Shown here: piece after piece, positions 13,161-25,579 of the stretch
Numbering within the stretch: position 1 is the stretch's first letter
Layout of the letters: the number at the start of each line of letters is the position of its first letter
Source: Octopus sinensis
Taxonomy: Eukaryota
DNA length: 64,000 nucleotides
Assembly (NCBI RefSeq): GCF_006345805.1
Contig: NC_043015.1
Span: forward strand, 8,928,001-8,992,000
Direction of reading: 5' to 3'
Translations under genes and position numbers: made by a program
Notes under the pieces: generated by a model
Told to the model about the DNA's origin: nothing
What the model saw: only the letters and a program-made list of their open reading frames with translations
The model's database searches: none

Positions 13161-14234
13161 CTGGTATGTTTTTCATAACTATTGTAGTTTAAACCTTACA
13201 GTATAAAAATGTTATCAAATATAAAAATGAAAACTAATCTTTTAAACATCGCATCCTCTGAAATGATAATTAAAACTTTCAAAATATACTGTATTTTCTG
13301 ATTTATTATGTCTACTTAGAGAGACCGTAAATATATTTCAGCAGTTAGTTAAGATATGACCTTGTAGTATTATACTAATTTGGCATTAAGCATTCTAAGA
13401 TAATATCGTTTAACTAATTATGGTTGGATAATTATTACGAAACGTAAAGTAATTATAGCATCATGTGTGAAATCTGTAAATATATTACGATGCAAAATAT
13501 GTCCTATATCAATTTCAATTTAACTCCTGTAGGCAAGTAGCCTGATGCTTTCATGCCTCTCTTTGATAAGCCTAAGACGTAATATCTTCCTTTGCTGCTG
13601 CAAGTTACCACCTCAGAAAACGTGTAATAACCAAAACATATCATCACTTACGAATTAGATAAAATGTTTGTTCACATTTAGTGTGCAACAAATAATGACA
13701 TAACATACACAGGGTCACAGATTTTAATTGCATTTATTCATTTCTTGCATGACAACGTACGTTCGTATATGCCTCGTTAATTTGTGCGTCATTAAGTCAA
13801 ATGTAAAAGATATTTATGAAGATATGCTATACATTGTGTTACAAATAAACCCACAGATATAGTTACTTTTAGCGGGTTCTTTCCACAACTACTAAAGACA
13901 TTCATGGAATACATTCACAAACCTCCTTCATTCTTTTCGTATTATTGAAATGTGAGTATCGTATAGTAGTACCTTTAAGTTAAACTTTTCCTTTCGATTC
14001 GTTAAGGAATCATTTAAATAGCATAGAACTACTAGTATGTAGCATTTCTTCTGTTTCTATTAATCTACTTTTGTATCAAACTTGAAAGATAATTTACGTT
14101 TTGTACACTATGTGCCAAGAAGTATTCGATGGAGACCGAAACCTATATGAATAATCGATATATCGTGTACATACACTGGCGCATAGGCGCACACATACAC
14201 GCACACACTACATATATACATTTCCATATATATA

Positions 14235-14291
<57 letters not shown>

Positions 14292-15289
14292 ATCACGTGG
14301 TTTTATTTTAAGATTACCTTCATTTTTTTATATATGTTTATTCTTTCTATCTTCCATATCTTCCTTTTTTTGTCGAACAATTCCGATTTTATCTTTAAAC
14401 ATTTACTTTTCTCTCTATCGGTTCTTGCTATATTTGCTCTTTCAAGGATGTCGCTCTATTTAGTTTTTTTTTTGCTTTTCTTTTTCCATTGCTATTTCAG
14501 TTCTAGTGTAAACTATCTTTTTTCATTCACTCTATAAATTCGATTTTCACCTACTATATTATATTTCTAAGAATTCAGGCATATTTTATAAATTTTATTT
14601 CAAATCACGAAATTTGTTTCAGTTTATATATAATATATTTTCACTTCTTCAATTTTATCGCTGCATTATAATGCAAATAACCACTGTCTTCAAATCAACG
14701 TTACGCCGAACCAAGTTCTATATCCGGAACTTTCTTCTCTATTTTTAATATGCAAAAACTTAACTTCTAATATATACCCGTTACTTTCAAATATTTATCA
14801 ATCTCTCCATCACCCAAGCCGGTACTACTGGTTCCAAATTTTGGCACACATCCAGCAACTTCGGATATCGGGGGATAAGCCGATTACTTCGGCACCAGCT
14901 CAAGACTACTGCTTATTTCATCCACCATGGAAGAATATCAAGAAAAGTCAATATCGGCGAAATCTTAAAACAGACGTTTATAACAGACAAAATGCTGGTA
15001 AGCATTTTGGCCGACGTGCTAACAATTCTTCCAGCTCATATCAAGGAAGTAAAAATGTTTAACGATGTGCAACGTGGAATTTATTTGCAGTTCTTTACTT
15101 TTCCTCATAATTATTGAGCAAACATCGTTGAAAACGTAACAAAACTGTGAAACTGTGATTGAGTAGTTTATGCCACAGCCATCATATCGTTCACATTACA
15201 TGTATATAATAAATATTTTTCCCGTTCATTTCCAGAATCGTTTATATCGCTAGCCATTACTCATACTTTATTTTGTCTCCTTGTTTCTT

Positions 15290-15421
15290 TCTGTGTTCCT
15301 TTTTGAGAAAGAGCGTACGCTCGAAACGTTAAAGACTTTTTCACATCCCGGGCGTTATATTAATACATCTGTTTGTTGTCTACACCACCAATCTCATCGT
15401 TTGTTTTTTAGAGACTTCTCC

Positions 15422-15425
<4 letters not shown>
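15290..15425 (+). mobile_element. PLE-type 3' end with degenerate hammerhead
   Basis: GAGC-GTAC-GCTC hairpin (15311-15322) followed by GAAACGTT. The CUGANGA core is degenerate (TTGAGAAA). Ends in (TA)n. Confidence 0.5.
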
Positions 15426-15466
<41 letters not shown>

Positions 15467-15479
15467 ACATATAAAGATA

Positions 15480-15775
15480 ATATCTATGTAAGAATTTATC
15501 AAGTAGCAGGCGGGAAAAACCCTGTTGAAGACGCAGTATAAGCGGTGAAGTTTTGCGTAACAACCTGCACAAATGACTTCCTTTTGTGAAAACAGTGTTT
15601 TAGATGCACATTGTGTTCAACCATTCCATGTAATCTACGTTGTCTGAATAGGTACCCGGTGTACCACGTGTCAGGTGTCGAGGTGAGATAAAGTCTTCTG
15701 GTCAAGAATACAACGCACCACAAAAATCTAGGAACTGAAACCACAATCTCACGACCGTGAGTTCAACATTCTGTC
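15480..15775 (-). mobile_element. Old tRNA-derived SINE
   Basis: Reverse complement shows CTCACGGTCGTGAGATTGTGGTTTCAGTTCC, a head similar to family C. Diverged. Confidence 0.5.
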
Positions 15776-16115
15776 CTCTAAGCTATGAATCCTCACATGC
15801 ATACACACACTTATATGTATGCATATATCTATAGTAATAGTAATGATAATAATAATCTTCAGATGAATTTATGCATATTTATAATTTCCATCCAATGATT
15901 ATTATTATTATAATTACTATATTTATCTTACATTATATTGGCACAGCTTGCTGCGACTCCCGAAAACTGGTATCATTAGGATGTAGGTGCCATAATACAA
16001 TGAGATCTTTTGTACGTATATTCAAAACGTTTCTCGTAAATGAACGTAATGTATCTATGAAAAAATGTATGTATACATATATGCATATGTATGTATGTAT
16101 GTATTTATGTATGTA

Positions 16116-16157
<42 letters not shown>

Positions 16158-18611
16158 ATATATATATAGCGAAGAGGGACAGATTGATCAACGGAGTAAA
16201 AACGATAATGAGATAAGTGTAAGTGCTTTCTGCACTACTTAATGCAATATATTATCTGAGAAGAGGTACAACTGTAATATATTTTATCACTTTCAAATTA
16301 AAGGACCAGATATTAGGTTCTTGCGTATCTTCTTGGTTCAGGAAACACTGCTGTATTACCTTCTCTCTTTTATCGATTTCCTGATCCACGCGTCTTTATT
16401 CTGTTATCTTATTCCCAACATTCGTATTCATATTTTTAATTTCCTACATTGGTCTCTCTTTATCCTCTTAGATTTTTCGTTCTTTTAATTCCCATGCCTT
16501 TTTAACCACGTTGCTCTTTGATGTTCTTGACTGCAGTATTTCTCACTTTTTCATTATTCTGAATTTGTTTTGTACTTTCCCTTTTGCTACAATTTTATCA
16601 TTTTTTGACACGACTCCTTTCAAAACTATAGTCTGGTGGCTAAATTTTTTTACTCTTCTATTTTCCTTTTTACCATTTACATTCCCCTTCCTCTATTTCT
16701 CGATCTCTTTTGTATGTTTCTCTCTGTTTTACTTTTGCACTTACGGTAATCTAGCATTCATCTTCTAATTTCCGCTCCCATTTTCAAGTTTCTTTTTTTT
16801 TTTGTGTGTGTAATTGATTTTGTTATCATACTATTTCCCTATTCCATTGTCCTATCTTCGCCTTTAATTTGTGGATATCATATTCTATTGTGTAGAGAAT
16901 GAAATCCTCGTGTCTTTTATATATTCACTTCACTGTACTTTTACATCTTCCATATACTTAGAATACGTAGCTTATGAACTTGTATTTATTTCTATCAAAT
17001 TTCAATCTAAGATACAGTATATTATGCATATATGTACACAGTAAAAGAGTATTTAAACTCTCTATTGTCTTCTGCTTCTCATTTGATACTTTAAACCGTG
17101 GTTCATTTATGGAAAAATTGAATATTATAGTAAAAACATCAAAGCATAAAATATATATATTTCATGTAAACAATGGTGCAATAAACAATGGTGCAAACAG
17201 AAAAAGCATTACCTCACTCTGGTTATTTATCCAGAAATTCATCGACTAATAAAAATATTCTTAAATGTGTGCAGGCAAAATCGTGTTGTTATATTAGAAA
17301 TTGTTGTGTAAGCTGCATAGAGTACAATGTGTATTAAACAGAACATTATTGATAACTCATATGATACATATTTGCGTATAATATTTTCCTACGCCACACA
17401 GTAAAATAACCAGTATTCCTTTGTGTGTATTATTGGTTGGATGATCTGTTTTGTTTGCTGTAATATAAACTGTGGCATATACAAATTATCGACAGAGTAG
17501 TAAGTTTAAGGAATCTCTATTAATTCAGCACCTAAATTAAATATGCGAATCCTAGTAAAGTGGTTGACCTGCGTTATGGTCTTTGAAGGAAATCTATTTG
17601 GAAATCTGAAGTATGCTCGCAGTTATCCATTCTGTAATATCAAATAGATTATCAGGAATTTTAATAGGCCCATCGGTTCATTATTTATGTCATTTTATCT
17701 CCACATGTTTGTTTACAGGGATGTTTTGTATAAATATATTTGTAAAGATTATTTTGTGCACTAACGTATTTCTTTCGAATATGTATAAGTTTACGTCGGT
17801 TGCAATAGGCACAAAATCGTTTACTTTGAAATGTACTATAAGCATGTTTTAATAATTGAAGTGCCGCGCTAAAAGACGTTGAAATGTTACGTTTGTATGC
17901 TGCATATCAAAGTAGATTCAAAATAATTAATGCAATATATGTAATGATCAAGGGAAAATATTTTCCTGACTCATAGCTGAACACATTTGTCAATGTGTAG
18001 AATTTAAGATGCAGCAGTCTTCCTCAGGCATTACACTTGAAGAAACATGGTTTCCTTAAACCGCATGCTTTAAAACCTCCTTGAACATTATTATATAGTT
18101 GTTGTTGTCGTTTATTTTCTGTATTATTTCCAGTGAGAATAACATTTAAATGTGCATTCCTTCTTTATATACACGGCACTGCGGCGGACGAATCAGTAAT
18201 GGAAATAACTGAAGAAATGAATGAAAATATTAATTCACCATGTATAGTTACAATGGTATGTATATCATGACATGCTTATTTAAAATGACTGGAAATGGTA
18301 TTTGGAAATTATTTATATATATTCACGAAAAAAACATTCGTTGTTCAGTTCGAGTCGTATGGAATAATTCCCATTCTATGCTGAAAGTGATAGAGCGGAT
18401 AAAACATTAGCGTCAGGATTTTCATGAGAATGAGATCTCAAAGTGCATATCTCTCTCTCTCTCTCTCTTTCTTTCTCTCTCTTACCTCTCATTCCCTTGC
18501 TTACTCTCACTCGTCCTCCCCCTTTCTCTATCATTCTATCTATCTATATACCTCGCAATTTGTATCGATACTTCTATCTATCAATCTCTGACTGTCTTTC
18601 CATCTGTCTCT

Positions 18612-18661
<50 letters not shown>

Positions 18662-19153
18662 CAACAATTGAGGGTAAAATTAATTAATTAATCAATTTCA
18701 CCAAGTATTCAGTATGCAAAGGGACCATTTAAGGCGAATTCAAATTATTACATTATATAAAAGGGCTTAGTAAAATAAATTACTTTGCCGCATACTGAAC
18801 TCATTAGAAATAGCAGCTAAAAAAAAAACTTTTTTAAAACTATTTCTAATACTTAAAGAAAACCTCTCTCATATAGTGTTTGCTCAATTCAACTCACGAA
18901 AGTATGGGGGTAGAGACATTAAAAAATCAAATGCAAAGGTTATTTGAGAACGTACGTTTCAAGATTAGTCAAACTCGACATTTCTATCAGTAGCTCAGAA
19001 CTCCCTGGTTTGGATTTGAAAACACTGAAAGTGGGAGAATACCCTTTCGGCTTCTTATCGCTTCTGAAGATCTGCTCGAAACTAACAGTGCCAACAAACT
19101 CAAAAATGCAAGCGAAGAATTTCTGCTCTCCCCTTCTTCGCTTCTTCGCATTC

Positions 19154-19206
19154 TGAGCTGATGATAGAAATGTCGAGTTTGACTAATCTTGAAACGTACG
19201 TTCTCA
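19154..19206 (+). ncRNA. Type I hammerhead ribozyme (copy 1)
   Basis: TGAG, CTGATGA (19158-64), stem II AGA..GTC/GAC..TCT, GAAA (19191-94), C-GTAC-GT, GUU site, CTCA closing stem I. Confidence 0.7.
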
Positions 19207-19714
19207 AATAACCTTTGCATTTGATTTTTTAATGTCTCTACCCCCATACTTTCGTGAGTTGAATTGAGCAAACACTATATGAGAGAGGTTTTCTTTAAGT
19301 ATTAGAAATAGTTTTAAAAAAGTTTTTTTTTTAGCTGCTATTTCTAATGAGTTCAGTATGCGGCAAAGTAATTTATTTTACTAAGCCCTTTTATATAATG
19401 TAATAATTTGAATTCGCCTTAAATGGTCCCTTTGCATACTGAATACTTGGTGAAATTGATTAATTAATTAATTTTACCCTCAATTGTTGAAATTATGATT
19501 CATCTCTCTCTATATAATGCCTCGGATTTTACCGAAAAAAGCATAGTGTTTACTGATTTTAACCCACGCTGGTGGAAAGGGGAGAGCAGAAATTCTTCGC
19601 TTGCATTTTTGAGTTTGTTGGCACTGTTAGTTTCGAGCAGATCTTCAGAAACAATAGGAAGCCGAAAGGGTATGCTCCCACTTTCAGTGTTTTGAAATCC
19701 AAACCAGGGAGTTC

Positions 19715-19767
19715 TGAGCTGATGATAGAAATGTCGAGTTTGACTAATCTTGAAACGTACGTTCTCA
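19715..19767 (+). ncRNA. Type I hammerhead ribozyme (copy 2)
   Basis: Identical to 19154-19206. Confidence 0.7.
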
Positions 19768-19951
19768 AATAACCTTTGCATTTGATTTTTTAATGTCTCT
19801 ACCCCCATACTTTCGTGAGTTGAATTGAGCAAACACTATATGAGAGAGGTTTTCTTTAAGTATTAGAAATAGTTTTAAAAAAGTTTTTTTTTAGCTGCTA
19901 TTTCTAATGAGTTCAGTATGCGGCAAAGTAATTTATTTTACTAAGCCCTTT

Positions 19952-20066
<115 letters not shown>

Positions 20067-22099
20067 TTGTGTGGTGGAGCGTTGTGTGTGTGTGTATGTA
20101 TATATGTAATAGCTGAATATTTCTATATAATTATGTATTCATCCTTGCATTATTTTCTCTCTCAGTGAATGCCTCTATCTATCCTCATATACACATATAT
20201 ACACGTGTGTGTTTGTATCTATTCGTGCGTGTATGTGTATACGTATACACACACAAGCGTACATTAGTTCCCCACTCTAATATCTAATTTAAAATGTTGG
20301 ATGCGAAAACTTTTTTTTATGTAGGCTTGATTGTAATCTTAATTGACATACTGTCAAGCATAAAGTATATATGCAAAAGATTTTGTTAGAAATGTCTCAT
20401 CTCTAGAAGTATGGATAATTCTATTTGTATTTAATTACGCCTTTATACTGACATTGTTCATATTCAATCGAGGTCACAAATTCGGCAGCATTATAACAAT
20501 GTTCTCCAAATTTATGTTCTGTATATTTTTATTTAACTCTGTTCTACTATAAAATTCTTTTGTTTTAAACTTGTATTGGAGATTGTTTCAGTCACGGTAA
20601 CACTTCTTATGCCCTCGTCTTGAAACATAAATATATCACCCGTCCACAATTTCAGATGTGAGACTCGGCGTCTAGACTAGTTATAGCAATGTGAATAATT
20701 GAAGAAAATGTCATCCAGAAAGTAAAGCTACCTAGAAGCATTTTAATTCTTCATTGTAAATAGCTTTGCTGATTTCATTTCGAAATTCAAACTTGTGGAA
20801 ACTTTCCAGAGAAATAACAACGTGGTTTTCAGATACATATGCATCAGAAATTGAATCAATTTCACAATCTGTATAAGAATTCTGGGTATTTATTTTTCTT
20901 CTAAATTTTATGTTTATTACTCTTTTTTCCCCTTACCTGCGAATAGCTTCATTATAAGAAGATATGATACAAAACATTTAAAACTTGTCCAACTTGACTT
21001 TCACTATCTACAAGGACACTGCAAAATCACATACCACAACGCTGCTTTCGGATGGCGGTGTAATATTTCAGGCAAAATGACTGCTATAACGGTGTATTTT
21101 ATTATTCTATATATTTCCTTTTTTTATTGTGTTCTATACAAATTGAATGCGACAAAATATTGTCGTATTTAATTTTCAAATACCATAGCACAATTCAATG
21201 CATATATGCACCGCTGGACTATTATATTTTATTTTCCCAATTTAGATATATATTTCGCGTATCTCCTGTGATTCAATTTCTGTTCAGAATAAAAATTTTA
21301 TTCAGCATATTCTAATTTCGTACATTATGTATCCCCATTGGATGATTCTAACTTGCTTATACTCTCATATTCTCACACTCTCTCCCTTTCCTTCCTTCTT
21401 TCTGTATACACACTACCATAAACACGTATATACACACGCAGAAATACACACACATTATCCCCAACACAATTTGTAAGCTGTCTACAAAATGCAAGATTTC
21501 TGTTGGAATTAAGTAAATTTACAACATAGATATTAGTTATTACATATACGCTGGAAATTGAAATATTATCACTTACGCGGTTCGTATGTTGGAAGGTTCA
21601 TATCTCTCATAAAGTAATTCGGATTAATGTATTTGTCTGTCTCTGTCCGTTTCATTATTTATTTTATTTCATTTGGTGGGAGATCTTAACCTATTATTAT
21701 AATATATTTTTACGTAGTAGTTTGGAAGTCTCGAATAAAAACTGTACGTGTCATTTAATCTTTATTGCTGTTGCCGTCTTTGCAGATTGTGAGATTACCT
21801 TTACTGCTCTTGTTGCTTTGTTGTTGTACCTAATCTTATTGTAAAATGCATTTGCTGTATTTCTAGAGTTTTCCTTGTCCTTGTTACGCGTGTTCAAGAT
21901 ATTTGCTCTTTTGCTTGTAGACTTTCTTCTTTTGCTCAGTAACGGATTGAAGACGGGCTTCAGTGCACTACTGCTTCGTACCAATCTGGCGCTAAAATTT
22001 GAAAAGTTGGCTTCCGAGACCTCGCTTTGTAAAGTTATATTTAACAGTCTCCTAAAGGAGCAGGTAGTTTGTTTCAGAGTAAAGGAAACCTGTCTCTAA

Positions 22100-22215
22100 A
22101 TATTTCCGCTTTCCTCTCGCCATGTCCGAAGTTTTCACTTCCTGCTACGTCATCAACAAAACAACGTATCAACCAATAAAGAATGGGAAAACGTTGTAGT
22201 GACTACATACCGTAA
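22100..22215. promoter_or_regulatory. Candidate (bidirectional) Pol II core promoter
   Basis: Cluster of ETS-like ACTTCC (22137-42), CRE-like TACGTCA (22146-52), CCAAT (22173-77) and TGTAGT-G-ACTACA (22195-22207). Minus-strand GGACATGGCG at 22123 and plus-strand donor CAG|GTAACT at 22306/7. Confidence 0.45.
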
Positions 22216-22399
22216 GGGGTGTGTGTTACCAGCAGACACGGCCACTATTTCTACTGCAGTTCTAGCATCTTCAAGACAGTATACAAAATCAGTCGCAAGT
22301 GGACAGGTAACTTAGACTGTTTCCCTGTACTGAGAGAGATAGTGAGATTCCTAAGCACGTCTGGTCAGAGATTAATTCGAATGCAGACAAGAACAATCA

Positions 22400-23440
22400 T
22401 TCCCTTGGATGAATGAAAATGAAACGAGCTTATGGATACCGACATTATGTAACTTTTATTTGCTAACATTAGAAAACAGCAATTTGATGCTGGACAACTT
22501 ACAACTGTTTGGGCGACTGAGGAGGCCACAAGAACAAGGCACAGTAAACAAGGCAGACAGGAAGGAGTGCCTCGTTCGTGAATAAATAGAAACAGTTATA
22601 GATGCGTAGCAGATTTGTTAGAATCCATAGCAGACTGTCTCTGAATGTTAATCGAGGACGTATTCCAGAGCACTAATTCTAAGAGACATCAATCTAGGAA
22701 GAATATATATGAGTAAAAAATATATGAAATTGAGCCCAGTGGATGTAATACCAGAATTTTCTGTTTGCTACCTGGTAGTCCGCCTTGCCCAACAACGGAC
22801 GTTGGAACACTCCTGGAGCTTAACAAGACCAATCAAGAAAACTAATCGGGTACAATCATGGGGCAATCAATCGAAAGATGAATAAATACTCAAGAGTGTT
22901 CCCAAAGTAATTGAAATACCAACAGCGTAATGTTATTGCTAGTAGATAGTCGTAGAACATATATGTGTGGCTTAGAGACTTTCAAGTATGTCGCTTGTGG
23001 CAGATATCAAACAAAATGTAACACCCACAGGCGTTTACCGACGCCAGAGACACTACAAAAGAATATGAATAGCATACAATCATAATAATTATGTCCGATG
23101 ACCAGCAGCAACTGCATCAGAGACAAAAGCAACACCTTGAAAAAACCTTAGCAACACAAGAACTAGAACAAACATAACACTGCCAAGGACTTCAGTAACA
23201 CATTTCACTTTGAAAATAATAACAATGAAATACCACCACAATAAAGAACCACCAAGAATAAAATACCATATGGAATCACATTTCCAAGTTTCCAAAATTG
23301 ACCACCCAAATATTTCCTCGCTCCTAGAAAAGTGCAAATACACGCAGACACACTACCTTGCTGAGGCGCAATTTCTTCATCCAGTCCAAAAAACTTCCCC
23401 CCGTCGAGAGATCAAAGAGGGTGTCAGATGTATTAGAGAA
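22400..23440 (+). mobile_element. Possible highly decayed Gypsy integrase region
   Basis: Only faint motifs (LPTPETLQ, NTAKDF, LRRN). Confidence 0.25.
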
Positions 23441-25123
23441 TAAAGCATGAATAGAAACTTTACTTTCAGTCATTCGCATACTTTATCACTACTAATACCG
23501 AATGTACAATGGAAAGAGCAAAAGTTTACACGTTTCAAACAGTACTAACAAGTGAAGAACGAAAACGTAATATCGACATAAATACAGCACAAATTTGTTA
23601 ACAGGACAAAATACAACACAACATCATCTATGGAAAAAGAAATATATCCAATGCTAACCAGAAACACAGTATGAGGGAAATATAAACATTATACATTTCT
23701 TGTCATATAGTGTTGTACACAAATACAAGAGATTGATGAGGTGCGAAAACAAATGCTTTATTTTAGTATAATGATTTAGTGAAATATATTTGGTGTTCTA
23801 GTAGCACGAGTTTGAACGAAAAATTATAAAATTTCTTAAAGTTTCCTATATTGATGTGGTGAGAAATATATATGATTTACTACATGTAGAAATAAAGTTA
23901 TCATCAGTCTATGAAGTCCGTTATATCATAAAGTTTGCTCAGGTTAGTGCACATAATTCTCACGTGGTGGTGTAAATAGCTTGAGAATGTCGAGGTTATT
24001 CAAGAATAGCTGTGTATTGATATTTGCCACTGGTATGAACATGCTTGTTGTTCAATTCAGATTGTCTTTTATGTAATATCTCATAAAATTTAAAATGATA
24101 TTTGTAAGTGAATGTTAAACTGATTCAGGAATTAACCCCCCAAAACATATACGTGAGTTTATTTCGATTCTAAATGGTATCAATGGAGAAGATGTGTTTC
24201 AAATGTTTCATAGTTTAAGCTAAATCCATTCCATAGATCTTCATGAAATGCGATAGAATTTTCAGTAGGTGACTGTATATATGAGCTTGTATGTTGACAC
24301 TGCTAATGGAAATATATTCCAGTTATTGAATTATTTTCCATCCTACTGATATTTAACCACAGGTGGAGATGAGAATCTTTAATATTTTCTGGGCATGACC
24401 ACAAATTTTAAGTGTTTCCGTCATCTTCCGACATCTTACGCAAGAGTCTTGTGATATCTACAGGGATTTGGAATCTTGAAAATTTGAATTTACAGTTATG
24501 ACACATTTATACTTTCTATAAAGGTCAGCTTTAATATGGCGCTTATTTGATCTAAATATTAAGTCAACCTTTTGCTATAACATCTTTGTTCGCAGACATT
24601 CTTAAAAGAACTTCATTCAATAATTTTTCATTTATAAAGCACTGCTTCATTTAAATGATATTTTTGTCATATTTTTCTTGCATATGATGCAAGGTAGCTT
24701 ATTTCAAAAACATGTCCACCTGGTACTTAATACTTTGAGTAATAAAAAGGAAGATATGTTAAAACATGGAACGTTACATTCCGCATAATTTGGAATCTTA
24801 AGACTAGTGTAAATGTTTTTTTATTTATTTATTTATTTGTGTTTTTTTGCTGAATCGGAATTTCGTTGAGACACTGTCAAGTAAGTAACATGCAGAATAT
24901 GTGGTTATTCTTTGTCATTAAATATGTTACAATTGTAACATCCAAGAATCCAATGTCTATGACCTTGTCTTGACGTAATCTACGCAAATTATTCAATAAC
25001 ATCACGTCAAGCTTTGTGTATTATCATATATGTATTAATGCATAAACGTTTACTGCAAACATAGGCATAACCTGAATATCAGAGATATGCATAGATATAT
25101 ACACACTAACGAATTCTTATATG

Positions 25124-25165
<42 letters not shown>

Positions 25166-25170
<5 letters not shown>

Positions 25171-25556
25171 AGGAGTGGCTGTGTAGTAAGAAGCTTGCTA
25201 ACCAACCACATGGTTCCGGATTCAGTCCCACAGCGTGGCATCTTGGGCAAGTGTCTTCTGCAATAGCCTCGGGCCGACCAAAGCCTTGTGAGTGGATTTG
25301 GTAGACGGAAACTGAAAGAGGCCTGTCATATATATGTATATGTGCATGTTTGTGTGTTTCTGTTTGTGCCCCTAGCATTGCTTGACAACCAATGCTGGTG
25401 TGTTTACGTCCCCGTCACTGAGCGGTTCGGCAAAAAAGTCCGATAGAGTAAGTACTGGGCTTACAAAGAATAAGTCCTGGGGTCGATTTGCTCGACTGAA
25501 AAAGCGGTGCTCCAGCATGGTCGCAGTCATATGACTGAAACAAGTAAAAGAGAAAA
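25166..25556 (+). mobile_element. SINE family B (~400 bp, tRNA head, CORE-like segment, internal microsatellite)
   Basis: GCGCAGGAGTGGCTGTGT...CTTGGGCAAGTGTCTT...GAAACAAGTAAAAGAG. Recurs at 49715 and 61767. Confidence 0.9.
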
Positions 25557-25579
25557 ACATATATATATATATATATATA

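Noticed and set aside
19065-19084. CTGAAGATCTGCTCGAAAC as a hammerhead
   Set aside because: No stem II pairing and no stem I.
18987-19832. Duplicated ORFs MLNSTHESMG... and MRTYVSRLV...
   Set aside because: By-products of the inverted triplication, with no protein motif.
21751-22123. Histone H1- or H3-like gene suggested by MARGKRK and a basic ORF
   Set aside because: The ATG frame stops after 23 codons, there is no histone-fold or globular H1 motif, and no histone stem-loop was seen.
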